This document shows, one piece after another, positions 28,738-38,007 of a stretch of DNA of 64,000 nt. The translations under genes and the position numbers were made by a program. The notes beneath the pieces were generated by a model. It did no database searches. It saw only the letters and a list, made by a program, of their open reading frames with translations, and was not told where the DNA came from. Source of the DNA: Candidatus Sulfomarinibacteraceae bacterium. Its GTDB lineage: Bacteria; Acidobacteriota; Thermoanaerobaculia; Thermoanaerobaculales; Sulfomarinibacteraceae. Position 1 is the first letter of the stretch. Each line of letters opens with the position of its first letter. Where the stretch lies: assembly GCA_963796455.1 (NCBI GenBank), contig CAWCLO010000010.1, positions 480,001 to 544,000 of the forward strand, written 5' to 3'.

Positions 28738-29430
28738 TCACTCCAGTGGTAAATCGATACGGTCGTTGATGAGAGCCCGCAGAATCCGGTCGCGGGACGT
28801 TTGAATCTGTTGACGTACACAGACAATGGCGTTGTCGGGGTTCTCCTGCTCGAGAATCCGGATGAGTTCCTCGTGCTCGGACCGCATCTCGCCGGCAAAA
28901 TCTCCGAGATCGAGCCCGAGAAAGAAGAACCGTTGCATCCCGCCGAGGAGATCCCGCAACGTCGATACGAGGCGTTCGTTGCGCGACAACGATGCCAACT
29001 GAATGTGAAATTCGAAGTTGCGGTCGAGGAAATCGGCGTAAGACTCCCAATCGTCATAGGTGTATTCGGTTCGCGCAAGATCACGGAGCCTCTGCAAGTC
29101 GTCGGCAGTGGCCCGTCTGACCGCAAGCCCCATGGCGTAGGTCTCCAGCACCAGACGGAGGTCGAAGCAATCGCCGATGTCCTTGAGAGAGATCTGGTTG
29201 ACCGAGTAACCCTTGTAGGGCTGGCTGGAGAGCAGACCTTCCTGCTGCAGTCGGCTACACGCTTCACGTACTGGAACCCGGCTCGAGCCATAGAGCGTTG
29301 CCAGTTCGTGCTCGGTCAGCGATGCGCCGGGCATGTGTTTGAGGGTGATGATGTCGCGTTTGAGCGAACGGTAGACATCCTCGGCAACCGTTCGACGTTC
29401 GTTGGGTGAGATCGTGGCGACATTCTTCAC
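28738..29430 (-). CDS. GntR family (FCD) transcriptional regulator
   Basis: wHTH E.ELA..YGSSRVPVREA..L..EGL; FCD NFEFH, EHEE. Likely GTG start at 29430. Confidence 0.92.
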   Translation of the reverse strand: MKNVATISPNERRTVAEDVYRSLKRDIITLKHMPGASLTEHELATLYGSSRVPVREACSRLQQEGLLSSQPYKGYSVNQISLKDIGDCFDLRLVLETYAMGLAVRRATADDLQRLRDLARTEYTYDDWESYADFLDRNFEFHIQLASLSRNERLVSTLRDLLGGMQRFFFLGLDLGDFAGEMRSEHEELIRILEQENPDNAIVCVRQQIQTSRDRILRALINDRIDLPLE

Positions 29431-29437
29431 GACCCAA

Positions 29438-29466
29438 ATTGTATACAAAGGGTATACGATCGTCAA
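29438..29466 (-). promoter_or_regulatory. Sigma70 promoter overlapped by a GntR-type operator
   Basis: Minus strand: TTGACG (29466-29461), 17-bp spacer, TACAAT (29443-29438). Perfect palindrome TTGTATACAA at 29439-29448 and a second GTATAC at 29452-29457. Confidence 0.78.
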
Positions 29467-29507
29467 GAAGCGAGGTTTTTTCCCGAATCGAACTCATTGG
29501 GCCGGCT

Positions 29508-30626
29508 TCAAGCCGCTTCGGGCCCGCTCGCAGGTTCCTTCAGAACTCGCCGCACCATGTACCAGACCGTCGCCAATCCGGCCACCAGGAGCACTGCAAA
29601 GAGCACGAAGTTGCCCCACTGCGGCAGCACCACAAAGTCGACCCCGGTCATGGTTGGGGCGAGATACAAGGCCCTGATCTGGTGGCGGGTGATGCTCATG
29701 ATGGCGACCACCAGGGTCATGGTGGCCAGGGTGCCCGTGACGAGCGATGGGTTCTCGAGCGGGTTGCTGACCCGCGACATCATCATGAGAAGACCGATGC
29801 CGAGGAGAATCGCCAGGGTCAAGGGAGCCAGCATGACAACACCACCCGTCATCAAGGACTTGAGCACGGGATTCGGCAGCACCATGAGCAGCACAAACCC
29901 ATCGACGACCTGAAGGATCGTCGTCCACAGGGCCCAGCGCCATGACCAACGCGCGATGGCGGTGTTGGTTTCCACATCGATTCCTTCTCCGGCGCGCCGC
30001 ACCGCCCACCAGGCCGTCATCAGAGCTGAGAAACCGATGCCGGCAAATACAAAATGGAGCAAGCGGGGCCAATAGCTCGGGTCCGCTAACACCGTCCACG
30101 TCCCATCGGCGAGACCGCCCCACATCTCAGGTTGCACGTGGACCAGATGGACCGCTACATGAATCATGGCGATGAGGAGGAACATCACCGCAGAGACGGT
30201 CAGCCAGAGTCCGCCGCCTGAGCCACGAGCCGGAGCGCCACGGAACTTGTAGAGATAGGCCGCGTAATAGCCGGCCGTCAGGAGCACCAGCATGCCGAGC
30301 CAAACGGGCGCCAGCAAGATCGTCGCCGTGTAGAAGGATTGGTGATAGATGACCTGAATGAACAACAGAGGCGCGACCCCGGTGGTGATCGTGAGCGAGA
30401 TCCCATAATTGTTGATCGCCATCAGTCGACCGGAAAGCACGCCGCGAAAGTCGTCGCGCCGACCACCGCTTTTGTGATGCGCAAATAAAGCGAGGAGCGT
30501 GCCGCCCAGGGTGAGATTCATGAAAAGAAGATGGAGAAAAAAGGTGAAGACCAGCAGCACATGAAACAACCACGGAGGACCAGGAATGCCCGCGGCATCA
30601 AGGGCGGGTAGCAGATTCGGGTTCAT
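29508..30626 (-). CDS. CydA'-like second subunit of a cytochrome bd-superfamily oxidoreductase
   Basis: About 9 TM; HLLFMNLTLGG, TITTGVAPLLF, RLLHF, MSITRHQIR; coupled to the upstream CydA-c gene. Confidence 0.7.
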   Translation of the reverse strand: MNPNLLPALDAAGIPGPPWLFHVLLVFTFFLHLLFMNLTLGGTLLALFAHHKSGGRRDDFRGVLSGRLMAINNYGISLTITTGVAPLLFIQVIYHQSFYTATILLAPVWLGMLVLLTAGYYAAYLYKFRGAPARGSGGGLWLTVSAVMFLLIAMIHVAVHLVHVQPEMWGGLADGTWTVLADPSYWPRLLHFVFAGIGFSALMTAWWAVRRAGEGIDVETNTAIARWSWRWALWTTILQVVDGFVLLMVLPNPVLKSLMTGGVVMLAPLTLAILLGIGLLMMMSRVSNPLENPSLVTGTLATMTLVVAIMSITRHQIRALYLAPTMTGVDFVVLPQWGNFVLFAVLLVAGLATVWYMVRRVLKEPASGPEAA

Positions 30627-32161
30627 TGAACACCTCCATGACTGGCCATAGCCGTTGGTGTTTCCTGGCCCCGGGCGAGAGTGGAGAGGTACCCCACCAG
30701 CAGGTCGAGCTCTTCGTCGGTTCCGACGAAGGGCGGCATGTAGGGAAAGTACATTTCCTGGGTGTCGATCATTTCTCCCCTTGGGGCTTCGCTATAGGCC
30801 ACCCCCATCTCCTGGAGGAGGGCGACTGCGGCATAGATCATGCCGTCGTTCAAATCATGCATCATGTCCGGATCGGCAGCGATCTCGTCGATCGATGGGA
30901 GCATCTCCAGCATTTCGGCGGAGCTCAGATCACGATGGCAGGCCGCGCACTCGGATCGGTAGACAAGCTCGCGCGCATCCGGCGAGGCTGCTTTTTGCAG
31001 CGCGAGGTGATCTTCGAGCGTCGGCAGGGCTCTGCGAATGCTCTGATAACCGTCAACAGTGTGGCAACTCCCGCATTGGGTTCGGAAAATGCGTTGCCCG
31101 ATCGCTCGGGGATCGTCATCGCCTCGCAGAGCCCAACCCGAACGGGCGAGCACGCCGCTTTCGTTGATCGCCTCGATGTCATCCACCAAAAGACCGTTGG
31201 AAAACATGTGGCTGTGAATCAGGAAGGGCTTGCGGACGCCTTCCCGCAGACGTTCGTAACCACCAAAAAAGCTGAATGCAAGCAGCGCCAGAAGCGCCGC
31301 CGTGAACCCGCGCGCGAGTCCTGGAGCGGCGAGCAGGATGACCACTGCGAAGACAATCCCGAGCGCCAGGGCCCATAGAGTGAAGCTGCGGGTCGAAGCG
31401 AGGCTTTCAAGCGAAGGCGAAGCGCCCCGGAAGAGGCTGCGCGCGGACTCCGGCAGGGCAGCCTCCCACCAGCGATAGCCGGCATAACTCAGAAGTCCAC
31501 CGCCGACAAACCACCATCCGAGATAGCGCAGCAGATCCGCGCGCCGGCTCTCTTTTGCCCGCAACGCCATAAAAACGATAAAGACCGTCGCCATCAGGAT
31601 CACGATGCCGGTGCGCAGAACGATCGCCGGCCAATAGGTCGGGTTGAAGAAACCGTCCCAAAACGCGTGGGTCTCGAGCCACCGGCCGGGGGTCAACATG
31701 AAGGTGATGATGCCGTTGATGATGACCAGCGACATATATGCACCGATAAAATAGAGCCACCCGACCATCAGGTGGGCGCCCTTTGAAATCTTGTCCCAGG
31801 TCGTGTAGTAGATCAAGGCGGCCACGATCTCCAGGATGAAGAACACCCACTCCATGGCCCAACCCCACACATAGGTGTGAATCAACGATGAGATGGCAGC
31901 CGGCGAGATGAGGCCCGCCACGACCCAGATGCCGACACCGGATATTGCGCCAAAGACCGTTGACACAAGAATCAGCATGAGTGATGAGCGGCGCGCGAGT
32001 TCGCGCAACTCCATATCATCCCTTGTGACCGCCAGCGTCTCGGTGACCGCAATCAGCAAGCCTCCACCGACCGCGAAGTGGGAAACAATCACATGCGGAA
32101 TGGCAACGATCGCCATCAACCAGCTTCCGCCTATCGCCAGATCCCAGATCGGATAGTCCAC
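30623..32161 (-). CDS. Cytochrome bd subunit I (CydA)-like protein fused to a diheme cytochrome c domain
   Basis: HVIVSHFAVGGG, MEWVFFILE, ERLREGVRKP; C-terminal CGSCH and CAACH heme-c motifs and YMPPF; GGAGG RBS with GTG. Confidence 0.85.
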   Translation of the reverse strand: MDYPIWDLAIGGSWLMAIVAIPHVIVSHFAVGGGLLIAVTETLAVTRDDMELRELARRSSLMLILVSTVFGAISGVGIWVVAGLISPAAISSLIHTYVWGWAMEWVFFILEIVAALIYYTTWDKISKGAHLMVGWLYFIGAYMSLVIINGIITFMLTPGRWLETHAFWDGFFNPTYWPAIVLRTGIVILMATVFIVFMALRAKESRRADLLRYLGWWFVGGGLLSYAGYRWWEAALPESARSLFRGASPSLESLASTRSFTLWALALGIVFAVVILLAAPGLARGFTAALLALLAFSFFGGYERLREGVRKPFLIHSHMFSNGLLVDDIEAINESGVLARSGWALRGDDDPRAIGQRIFRTQCGSCHTVDGYQSIRRALPTLEDHLALQKAASPDARELVYRSECAACHRDLSSAEMLEMLPSIDEIAADPDMMHDLNDGMIYAAVALLQEMGVAYSEAPRGEMIDTQEMYFPYMPPFVGTDEELDLLVGYLSTLARGQETPTAMASHGGVQ

Positions 32162-32395
32162 CCCGACCTCCTTTATTCAACCGCTTGACCGCTTCGAAGG
32201 GACCGCCGATCGAAGCATCAAGCGACAAGGTATCATCCTCGGTTCTTGCGGACAAGTTCCTTGTTTTCAACAGTGTACACTTGTTCAACTGTCACCATGC
32301 GCGGCGGGTGACCAGACCAGAAGCCCGGTGACCCGGTCTCAAAAACGGACACGGCGAGACAGGGAGTTCTTCAAAAAAGGCCAACAAAGAGCCTC

Positions 32396-32459
32396 TTGAC
32401 ACGAGGTCGCATCAACGTTACCTTGGACTGAGACACTGATAATGAGACTGGATTAAATG
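32396..32459 (+). promoter_or_regulatory. fur promoter with a possible autoregulatory box
   Basis: TTGACA (32396-32401), 17-bp spacer, TACCTT (32419-32424); then TGAGACACTGATAATGAGACTGGATTAAAT, which contains the Fur-box-like GATAATGA. Confidence 0.6.
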
Positions 32460-32460
32460 T

Positions 32461-32928
32461 ATGAGCAGTAAACTTGCACAACGGGCACAGAAGCTGTTTA
32501 TCCAATATCTGAGGGAAAACAACCTCAAAGTGACCCAGGAGCGACTCGCCCTGCTGGACGAGATCTTCGCGACGGACGAGCACCTCGATGCCGATGATTT
32601 GCTCGCCCGGATGAAGACCAAGCAACGCAAGGTGTCGCGGGCAACGGTCTATCGGACCCTTGACCTCCTGGTGCAGTGCGGGCTGGTTCGTAAGAGCCGC
32701 CTCGGCCGCGAGCACTACTTCTACGAGAAGATGGAGCCCGGCGGTGGCCACCACCACATGGTCTGCACCGCAACCGGGAAAATCATCGAATTCTGGGACT
32801 CCGATCTCGATGAGCGTCTCCGCCGTTTGTGCCAGGAGCACAAATTCAGACCGACCTTTATCTCGATTCAGATTCAGGGCTTGAGCGCTGAAGGTCAAAA
32901 GGTCGAACAGGACACCTCCTTCTTCTGA
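32461..32928 (+). CDS. fur: Fur family transcriptional repressor
   Basis: TQERL, HLDADD, SRATVYRTL, HHHMVCTATGKIIEF. Confidence 0.92.
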   Translation: MSSKLAQRAQKLFIQYLRENNLKVTQERLALLDEIFATDEHLDADDLLARMKTKQRKVSRATVYRTLDLLVQCGLVRKSRLGREHYFYEKMEPGGGHHHMVCTATGKIIEFWDSDLDERLRRLCQEHKFRPTFISIQIQGLSAEGQKVEQDTSFF

Positions 32929-32951
32929 GTTTTTGACGATCGACCACCCTG

Positions 32952-32981
32952 CGCCCCACTGGAAACGGTGGGGCGTTTTTT
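32952..32981 (+). terminator. Rho-independent terminator of fur
   Basis: CGCCCCAC-TGGAAACG-GTGGGGCG-TTTTTT. Confidence 0.85.
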
Positions 32982-32982
32982 A

Positions 32983-33152
32983 GGCTTGGGGCTTGGGGCT
33001 TGGGGCTTGGGGCTTGGGGCTTGGGGCTTGGCTGGGGCTTGGGGCTTGGGGCTTGGGGCTTGGGGCTTGGGGCTTGGGGCTTGGGGCTTGGGGCTTCAAA
33101 TGATCGATCTCGCTTCTGAGCACGTCAAGCCCCAGGCCTCAGGTCTCAAGCC
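32983..33152. repeat. Heptamer array (GGCTTGG)x~15 with inverted degenerate heptamers
   Basis: Array 32983-33096 with one interruption; ~28-bp spacer; then TCAAGCC CCAGGCC TCAGGTC TCAAGCC (33125-33152), overlapping the tyrS stop. Confidence 0.93.
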
Positions 33153-34396
33153 TTCTTGAAGCTCACCTTGGCAAAACGACGTTTCCCGACCTGGAGGAGA
33201 ATCGGCTCCGAACCCGTGGTATCGAGCTCAGATTTGATGTCCTTGATCTGTACACCATCGACCCGGACCCCACCCTGTTGAACCAGACGGCGGGCTTCGG
33301 AGTTGGAGCTTGCCAGATCGCCTTCAACCAGAATTTTTGCGAGCAACATGGTCGGCCCAGCGGCTGCAATCTCGAGTTCGGGAATCTCGGCCGGGAGATG
33401 GCCTGATGAAAAAACCCGCTCGAATTCCTGTCGCGCGGCGGCGGCATCTTCGGCCGAGTGGAACTCGGTCACGATGGTGGATGCGAGGTCCTTCTTTGCT
33501 TCCATCGGATGCCTGGCGCCGGCGGCAACCCGCTGTCGCTCGGCATCGATCTCCCGCTCGCCAAGGTCGGTGAGAAGCAACCAGTACTTCCACATCAAAT
33601 CATCGGATACGGACATCACCTTGCCGAACATTTCAACGGCATCATCTTCCACGGCCACGTAGTTGCCGAGAGACTTCGACATCTTCTCGACTCCGTCCAA
33701 GCCCTCGAGAAGCGGCAAGGTCATCACCACCTGGGGCTCCATATCGTGTTCGCGCATCAGATGACGCCCGACCAGGAGATTGAAGAGCTGATCGGTGCCG
33801 CCGAGCTCCACATCCACTTCGAGCGCAACCGAATCATAGGCCTGGGCGAGGGGATAAAGAAATTCGTGCAGCGCGATGGGCTGCTGCTTTTCGTAGCGGT
33901 TTCGAAAATCGTCTCGCTCGAGCATCTGCGCCACGGTGACCTTGGCCGCAAGCCGGATCCAATCCGCCGAACTGAGGGCGCCGAGCCAACGCGAATTGAA
34001 GTCGATGACCGTTGTATCCGGGTCGAGAAGCTTGAAAATCTGCCGCCGGTAGGTGGCCGCATTGGCCTGGATCTCCGCCTCGGTCAATTGAGGACGCGTC
34101 GTCTTTTTTCCAGTGGGATCGCCGATCAATCCCGTAAAATCACCAATCAGAAAAACAACCTTGTGTCCCAGTTGTTGAAAGTGGCGCATCTTGCGGATGA
34201 CCACCGTGTGGCCGAGGTGAAGATCCGGTGCGGAGGGGTCGAATCCGACCTTGATGACCAACGGTTTTCCGGTTTTCTGCGATCGCCGGACCTTTTCCGC
34301 CAGTTGCTCCGCGGGAACGACATCAACGCAGCCCTTGGTGAGATAGCCTATTTGTTCATCGATGTCGCGCGGCACTTGCTTTCCCTTCACGTTCAC
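33146..34396 (-). CDS. tyrS: Tyrosine--tRNA ligase
   Basis: GFDPSAPDLHLGH, GGTDQ, KMSKS, C-terminal S4 domain. Confidence 0.98.
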   Translation of the reverse strand: MNVKGKQVPRDIDEQIGYLTKGCVDVVPAEQLAEKVRRSQKTGKPLVIKVGFDPSAPDLHLGHTVVIRKMRHFQQLGHKVVFLIGDFTGLIGDPTGKKTTRPQLTEAEIQANAATYRRQIFKLLDPDTTVIDFNSRWLGALSSADWIRLAAKVTVAQMLERDDFRNRYEKQQPIALHEFLYPLAQAYDSVALEVDVELGGTDQLFNLLVGRHLMREHDMEPQVVMTLPLLEGLDGVEKMSKSLGNYVAVEDDAVEMFGKVMSVSDDLMWKYWLLLTDLGEREIDAERQRVAAGARHPMEAKKDLASTIVTEFHSAEDAAAARQEFERVFSSGHLPAEIPELEIAAAGPTMLLAKILVEGDLASSNSEARRLVQQGGVRVDGVQIKDIKSELDTTGSEPILLQVGKRRFAKVSFKKA

Positions 34397-36391
34397 CTAC
34401 TTTTTTTCAATCTCGACGATTGGAAGGAGCCCCGCACCGGTATTGTCCAGCGCTCGCCAGTCGCCAAGATACTGCAGAATATTATTCACGATCTCGCTTG
34501 AAACCGACAGCGTTGCCATTTCGAGTTCGGAGGCCGTCCGCCACGGCACCACTCCGGCCGCAACCGCCGCACCTCGGCGCGCTCGACCGGTCGAACCACT
34601 CCACTCGGCGGCGCTCCTGGCTGCAACCAACCGGCGGACACCACCAAGCTCGTCATCCGTAGCCGGTCGGATAAGAGACTTCCAACTGTCGTCCAGCTGA
34701 CCCTCCAGATCGTCCAGCATCGTGTCCGCTGTCGCCACCAACAACAGGACCTTGTGTCCGGGAACAAAGGGGTGCAGGACCTCGATCGAGCCTTCCGGAA
34801 GGAGGTCTTCGGCACGTTGTCGGAGGAGTTCGCCGAAAACCGCCTCGACAACTTCGTCGTGTGCAATGGCCAGATTCAGCGCAACAACCAGAACCGAGCC
34901 CCTGCCCGGCGCAGCTTCTCGCGTCTTTGGCACCGGGTCGACGGATCGAACCGTCGCCCCTGAACCGGAGGATGTGCTGAATGCCCAGAACTTCCGCAAC
35001 GCCTCGGCTGCGGATTCGCCATCAGTCGCGACGATCCCGAGCGCGATATTCGGGCCCTCGAGCAACGAGGCTGGTGACAGCGCCGTCCCTTCCGCGACAC
35101 CGAGCAAACCCGCCATCATACGAATCGCACGCCGCCGTGCATCGCCACCTTCGGACAGAACCGGGGTCGTATCTCGAGCGACGGTCGCCAGGGTCGACTG
35201 GAGGACTTCGCCGAGTTCGGCGAATCCGTCCGCGGGCAACGCAAGCTCGAGCTGCGGCGGGTTGGCGCCGACCCGCACCCAACCCGGTCTGTTGTCGGCA
35301 TCCCGGAGCTCCCGGGCGATTCGCGACAGAACCGCAGCAGCCATTTCGTTATCGAGGTCCGGCACGACCACCGGCCGCATGCACATCGTCGCCAATTGGG
35401 TTCCTGGTCTCTCGAGCACCGCGGCCGTCAACCCGTTCTCGAGTTGCATGATCTGTGGCGGGGAGGCAAAACGAGGGTTGAAGGTCCGAGGGGGCAGGGT
35501 GAGGACAACATTTCCCGGGTGCCGGGGAAGCCAGGTCATCGCCGCGTTGCGAACCGCTGCCAGGGTGACGCCTTCGGCGGCAAAGAGGAACTCACGTAAG
35601 GCGGCATCTCCCCCCGAGAGCCAAAGATCGAGAACCCGGTGAGCTGCCTCAGGGTGGCTTTCCAGCAACGCCGCCCGACGCACCTCCAACCTTCTCACCG
35701 AGGCATGGACAGCGTCGGCACGAATGTTCGGCGACTCGGCGATCCGGGCCAGACCGAGGCGCAACCCGCTGACTGCCATTTCTGCCACCTCAGCATTGGA
35801 ACGGGCTTCCAACAAGGCGCGATCATCATCGATCCTGCTTCGAAGACCCTCGAGATCACCGCCCAGGAGGTCCGGAACGAGATCCCAAAGCACCTCCGCA
35901 GCACTTCTCTCGAGATCATCAGGCGCCGGTAACGCGATCTCGAGACGGATTGTGGCATCGCTGCCGGGCGAGCCAAGACGTCGCTCGAGCCGGCCCTCCA
36001 CAGCGGGAGGTTTGTTGGTGGATCGGACGGGGGCCGGGGCCCGTTGATCAAAGAGGCGATCCAACGCCGCCTTCAGATCCGAGACCGCCGCGCCGCCGAC
36101 GGCCACGACAATCGCTGGAGCGGACTCATCAGCCTCACCGCCGAGCGCCGCATCGAGATCCGCCACCAGAGTGAGGCTGCCACTGGTGATCGAGCCGAAA
36201 TCGTCACCTCCGTCGGTGGCAGGCCACGCCACCGTCGTGGCGTCGGCGAGGGGTTGCGCGACGAGGATGAACTCGGAGCCGTTGGCGAGCGTCGCGATAT
36301 GAAGCCCCTGCGCGGAAACAGAAGAAAGAAATGTGAAACCGGTCATCAACAGACCGAGAAGATACTGGATACAAGTGTTTTGCAGCTTCAT
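34397..36391 (-). CDS. Exported, degenerate peptidase M16-like protein without HXXEH
   Basis: Signal-like N-terminus; two M16-type starts (IATLANGSEFILV, IMQLENGLTAAVLER); no HXXEH. Start trimmed from the ORF call of 36619. Confidence 0.55.
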   Translation of the reverse strand: MKLQNTCIQYLLGLLMTGFTFLSSVSAQGLHIATLANGSEFILVAQPLADATTVAWPATDGGDDFGSITSGSLTLVADLDAALGGEADESAPAIVVAVGGAAVSDLKAALDRLFDQRAPAPVRSTNKPPAVEGRLERRLGSPGSDATIRLEIALPAPDDLERSAAEVLWDLVPDLLGGDLEGLRSRIDDDRALLEARSNAEVAEMAVSGLRLGLARIAESPNIRADAVHASVRRLEVRRAALLESHPEAAHRVLDLWLSGGDAALREFLFAAEGVTLAAVRNAAMTWLPRHPGNVVLTLPPRTFNPRFASPPQIMQLENGLTAAVLERPGTQLATMCMRPVVVPDLDNEMAAAVLSRIARELRDADNRPGWVRVGANPPQLELALPADGFAELGEVLQSTLATVARDTTPVLSEGGDARRRAIRMMAGLLGVAEGTALSPASLLEGPNIALGIVATDGESAAEALRKFWAFSTSSGSGATVRSVDPVPKTREAAPGRGSVLVVALNLAIAHDEVVEAVFGELLRQRAEDLLPEGSIEVLHPFVPGHKVLLLVATADTMLDDLEGQLDDSWKSLIRPATDDELGGVRRLVAARSAAEWSGSTGRARRGAAVAAGVVPWRTASELEMATLSVSSEIVNNILQYLGDWRALDNTGAGLLPIVEIEKK

Positions 36392-36419
36392 GGCGGCCGT
36401 CATGGTAGCATGAAGGGCT

Positions 36420-37358
36420 ATGCGCACTGAAGCAAGGGTCACGGCCCCGTCGATCCTCGGCCTGTCTTGGCTGGCGGCAATCGGGGCCTTCCCCTTCGCC
36501 CTGATCACGGCCGCGACCGGCCAGGGGCTCGGAGCACTGCTCGGCGGCTGCCATTGGATCGGCTTGAGTCTGCCAATCGACCGCCAGGTCTGGGCGCTGG
36601 TCAACCAACCGGCGCTCAATTTCTCCTCCTTGCCGAGTGCGGGCGGTTATTGGCTGGGTTCGCTGGTGCTTCCGTTGTTGATCGCGGTGGCGGCCATTCC
36701 GCTCCTCCCTCGTGGACATTCGATGGTCATCGAATTGCTCATGATCCAGTGGGCGTGGGGCAGCGCCGTCATCGCTGTCGCCTGGCTGCCTCTGCTCGAA
36801 CCCGGGGACGGCCATCTCAGTCGCTGGCTCGCCCTCCATCACATGTCCACACATCTTTTGTGGATTGCTCCCGGAATGGCCGCCGCGGCCGGCGTTGTGC
36901 CAACGATCCGGCTGCTGCAACTCGCGCGCCGGAGACCAGGGGAGATCTCACGAGTTTATCGGTTGGCGGTCGTCGTCCTCCACCTCGGTGCTCCGGCAGT
37001 CGTCTGGGCAGCAATGACGTCGTTAATCAGTGGCCAGGTGCCGGTTGCCGCCGCCGTCGGTCTCCTGGTCCCGGTTGCCGCATCGATAGTGCTCGGGTGG
37101 TTTCGTTACCCCGACGCCGACGTGCGGCCACTGGGAAAGCCCACCGTCTCCGCTTCGATCGGGCTCGCCGTGGCAGCAATCATCGCCGTATCTGTGCTGT
37201 GGTATTCCGGCATGCCCGTCGCGGACGAAAAGCGGGCTGGACGCCTGTGGTCACAACCCCAGGCCTTCAACAACATCAGATCGTGGATCGCGGTGCTTCC
37301 CGCTCTTCCGACATCAATCGACCCACTTTCTCCGGTCAACGGCGCGGAAGTTGAATAG
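36420..37358 (+). CDS. Hypothetical multi-pass membrane protein
   Basis: About 7-8 hydrophobic segments; no family recognised. Confidence 0.65.
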   Translation: MRTEARVTAPSILGLSWLAAIGAFPFALITAATGQGLGALLGGCHWIGLSLPIDRQVWALVNQPALNFSSLPSAGGYWLGSLVLPLLIAVAAIPLLPRGHSMVIELLMIQWAWGSAVIAVAWLPLLEPGDGHLSRWLALHHMSTHLLWIAPGMAAAAGVVPTIRLLQLARRRPGEISRVYRLAVVVLHLGAPAVVWAAMTSLISGQVPVAAAVGLLVPVAASIVLGWFRYPDADVRPLGKPTVSASIGLAVAAIIAVSVLWYSGMPVADEKRAGRLWSQPQAFNNIRSWIAVLPALPTSIDPLSPVNGAEVE

Positions 37359-37442
37359 TCTCACCAAGGCTCGCGTTATACTAACCAACGGTTCCGCGAA
37401 AACAGCGGTCAACCCCTAGATTCATCACACGGAGGCACGATC

Positions 37443-37961
37443 ATGAAACCGAAGGTCGAGCAGGCGCTCAACGAGCAGATTCACGCAGAGTTTTTCTCTT
37501 TTTATCTCTATTTGTCAGTTTCTTCCTATTTTACGGCCCAGCATCTTGATGGCTTTGCACATTGGATGCGGATCCAAGCGCAGGAGGAACTCAGTCACGC
37601 CATGAAGCTCTTCGATTATGTCAACGAACGCGGCGGGAAAGTGCAGTTGTTGGCCATGGACGCACCCCAGGTCGAGTGGGCGTCGCCGTCGACGGCGGTC
37701 GAAGCCGTGCTTGAGCACGAAAAGCACATCAGTGCACGTATCAACAAGATCGTCGATCTCTCCTCCACCGAAAACGACCATGCGACAACCGTCATAATGC
37801 ACTGGTTCGTCAACGAGCAGGTCGAGGAAGAAGCAACGGCCGACACACTTTTCCACCAGGTCAAAATGGTGGAATCAAACCCGCACGGATTGCTGATGAT
37901 CGATCGCGAGCTCGCCGGCCGGCCGGCGCCGGCTCCGGTCGGCGCCTCGAGCGAAGCCTGA
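37443..37961 (+). CDS. ftnA: Non-heme ferritin
   Basis: LNEQIHAE, YLYLS, QAQEELSHA, EHE, WFVNEQVEEE. Confidence 0.95.
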   Translation: MKPKVEQALNEQIHAEFFSFYLYLSVSSYFTAQHLDGFAHWMRIQAQEELSHAMKLFDYVNERGGKVQLLAMDAPQVEWASPSTAVEAVLEHEKHISARINKIVDLSSTENDHATTVIMHWFVNEQVEEEATADTLFHQVKMVESNPHGLLMIDRELAGRPAPAPVGASSEA

Positions 37962-38007
37962 CCCTCGGAACACGGGGCGCCAAGATACGTGGGCGGGTCC
38001 ACGAATC

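Noticed and set aside
32968..33159. ORF of GLGAW repeats (and the MLDARC ORF at 5536)
   Set aside because: Translation of the heptamer arrays; no RBS or family support.
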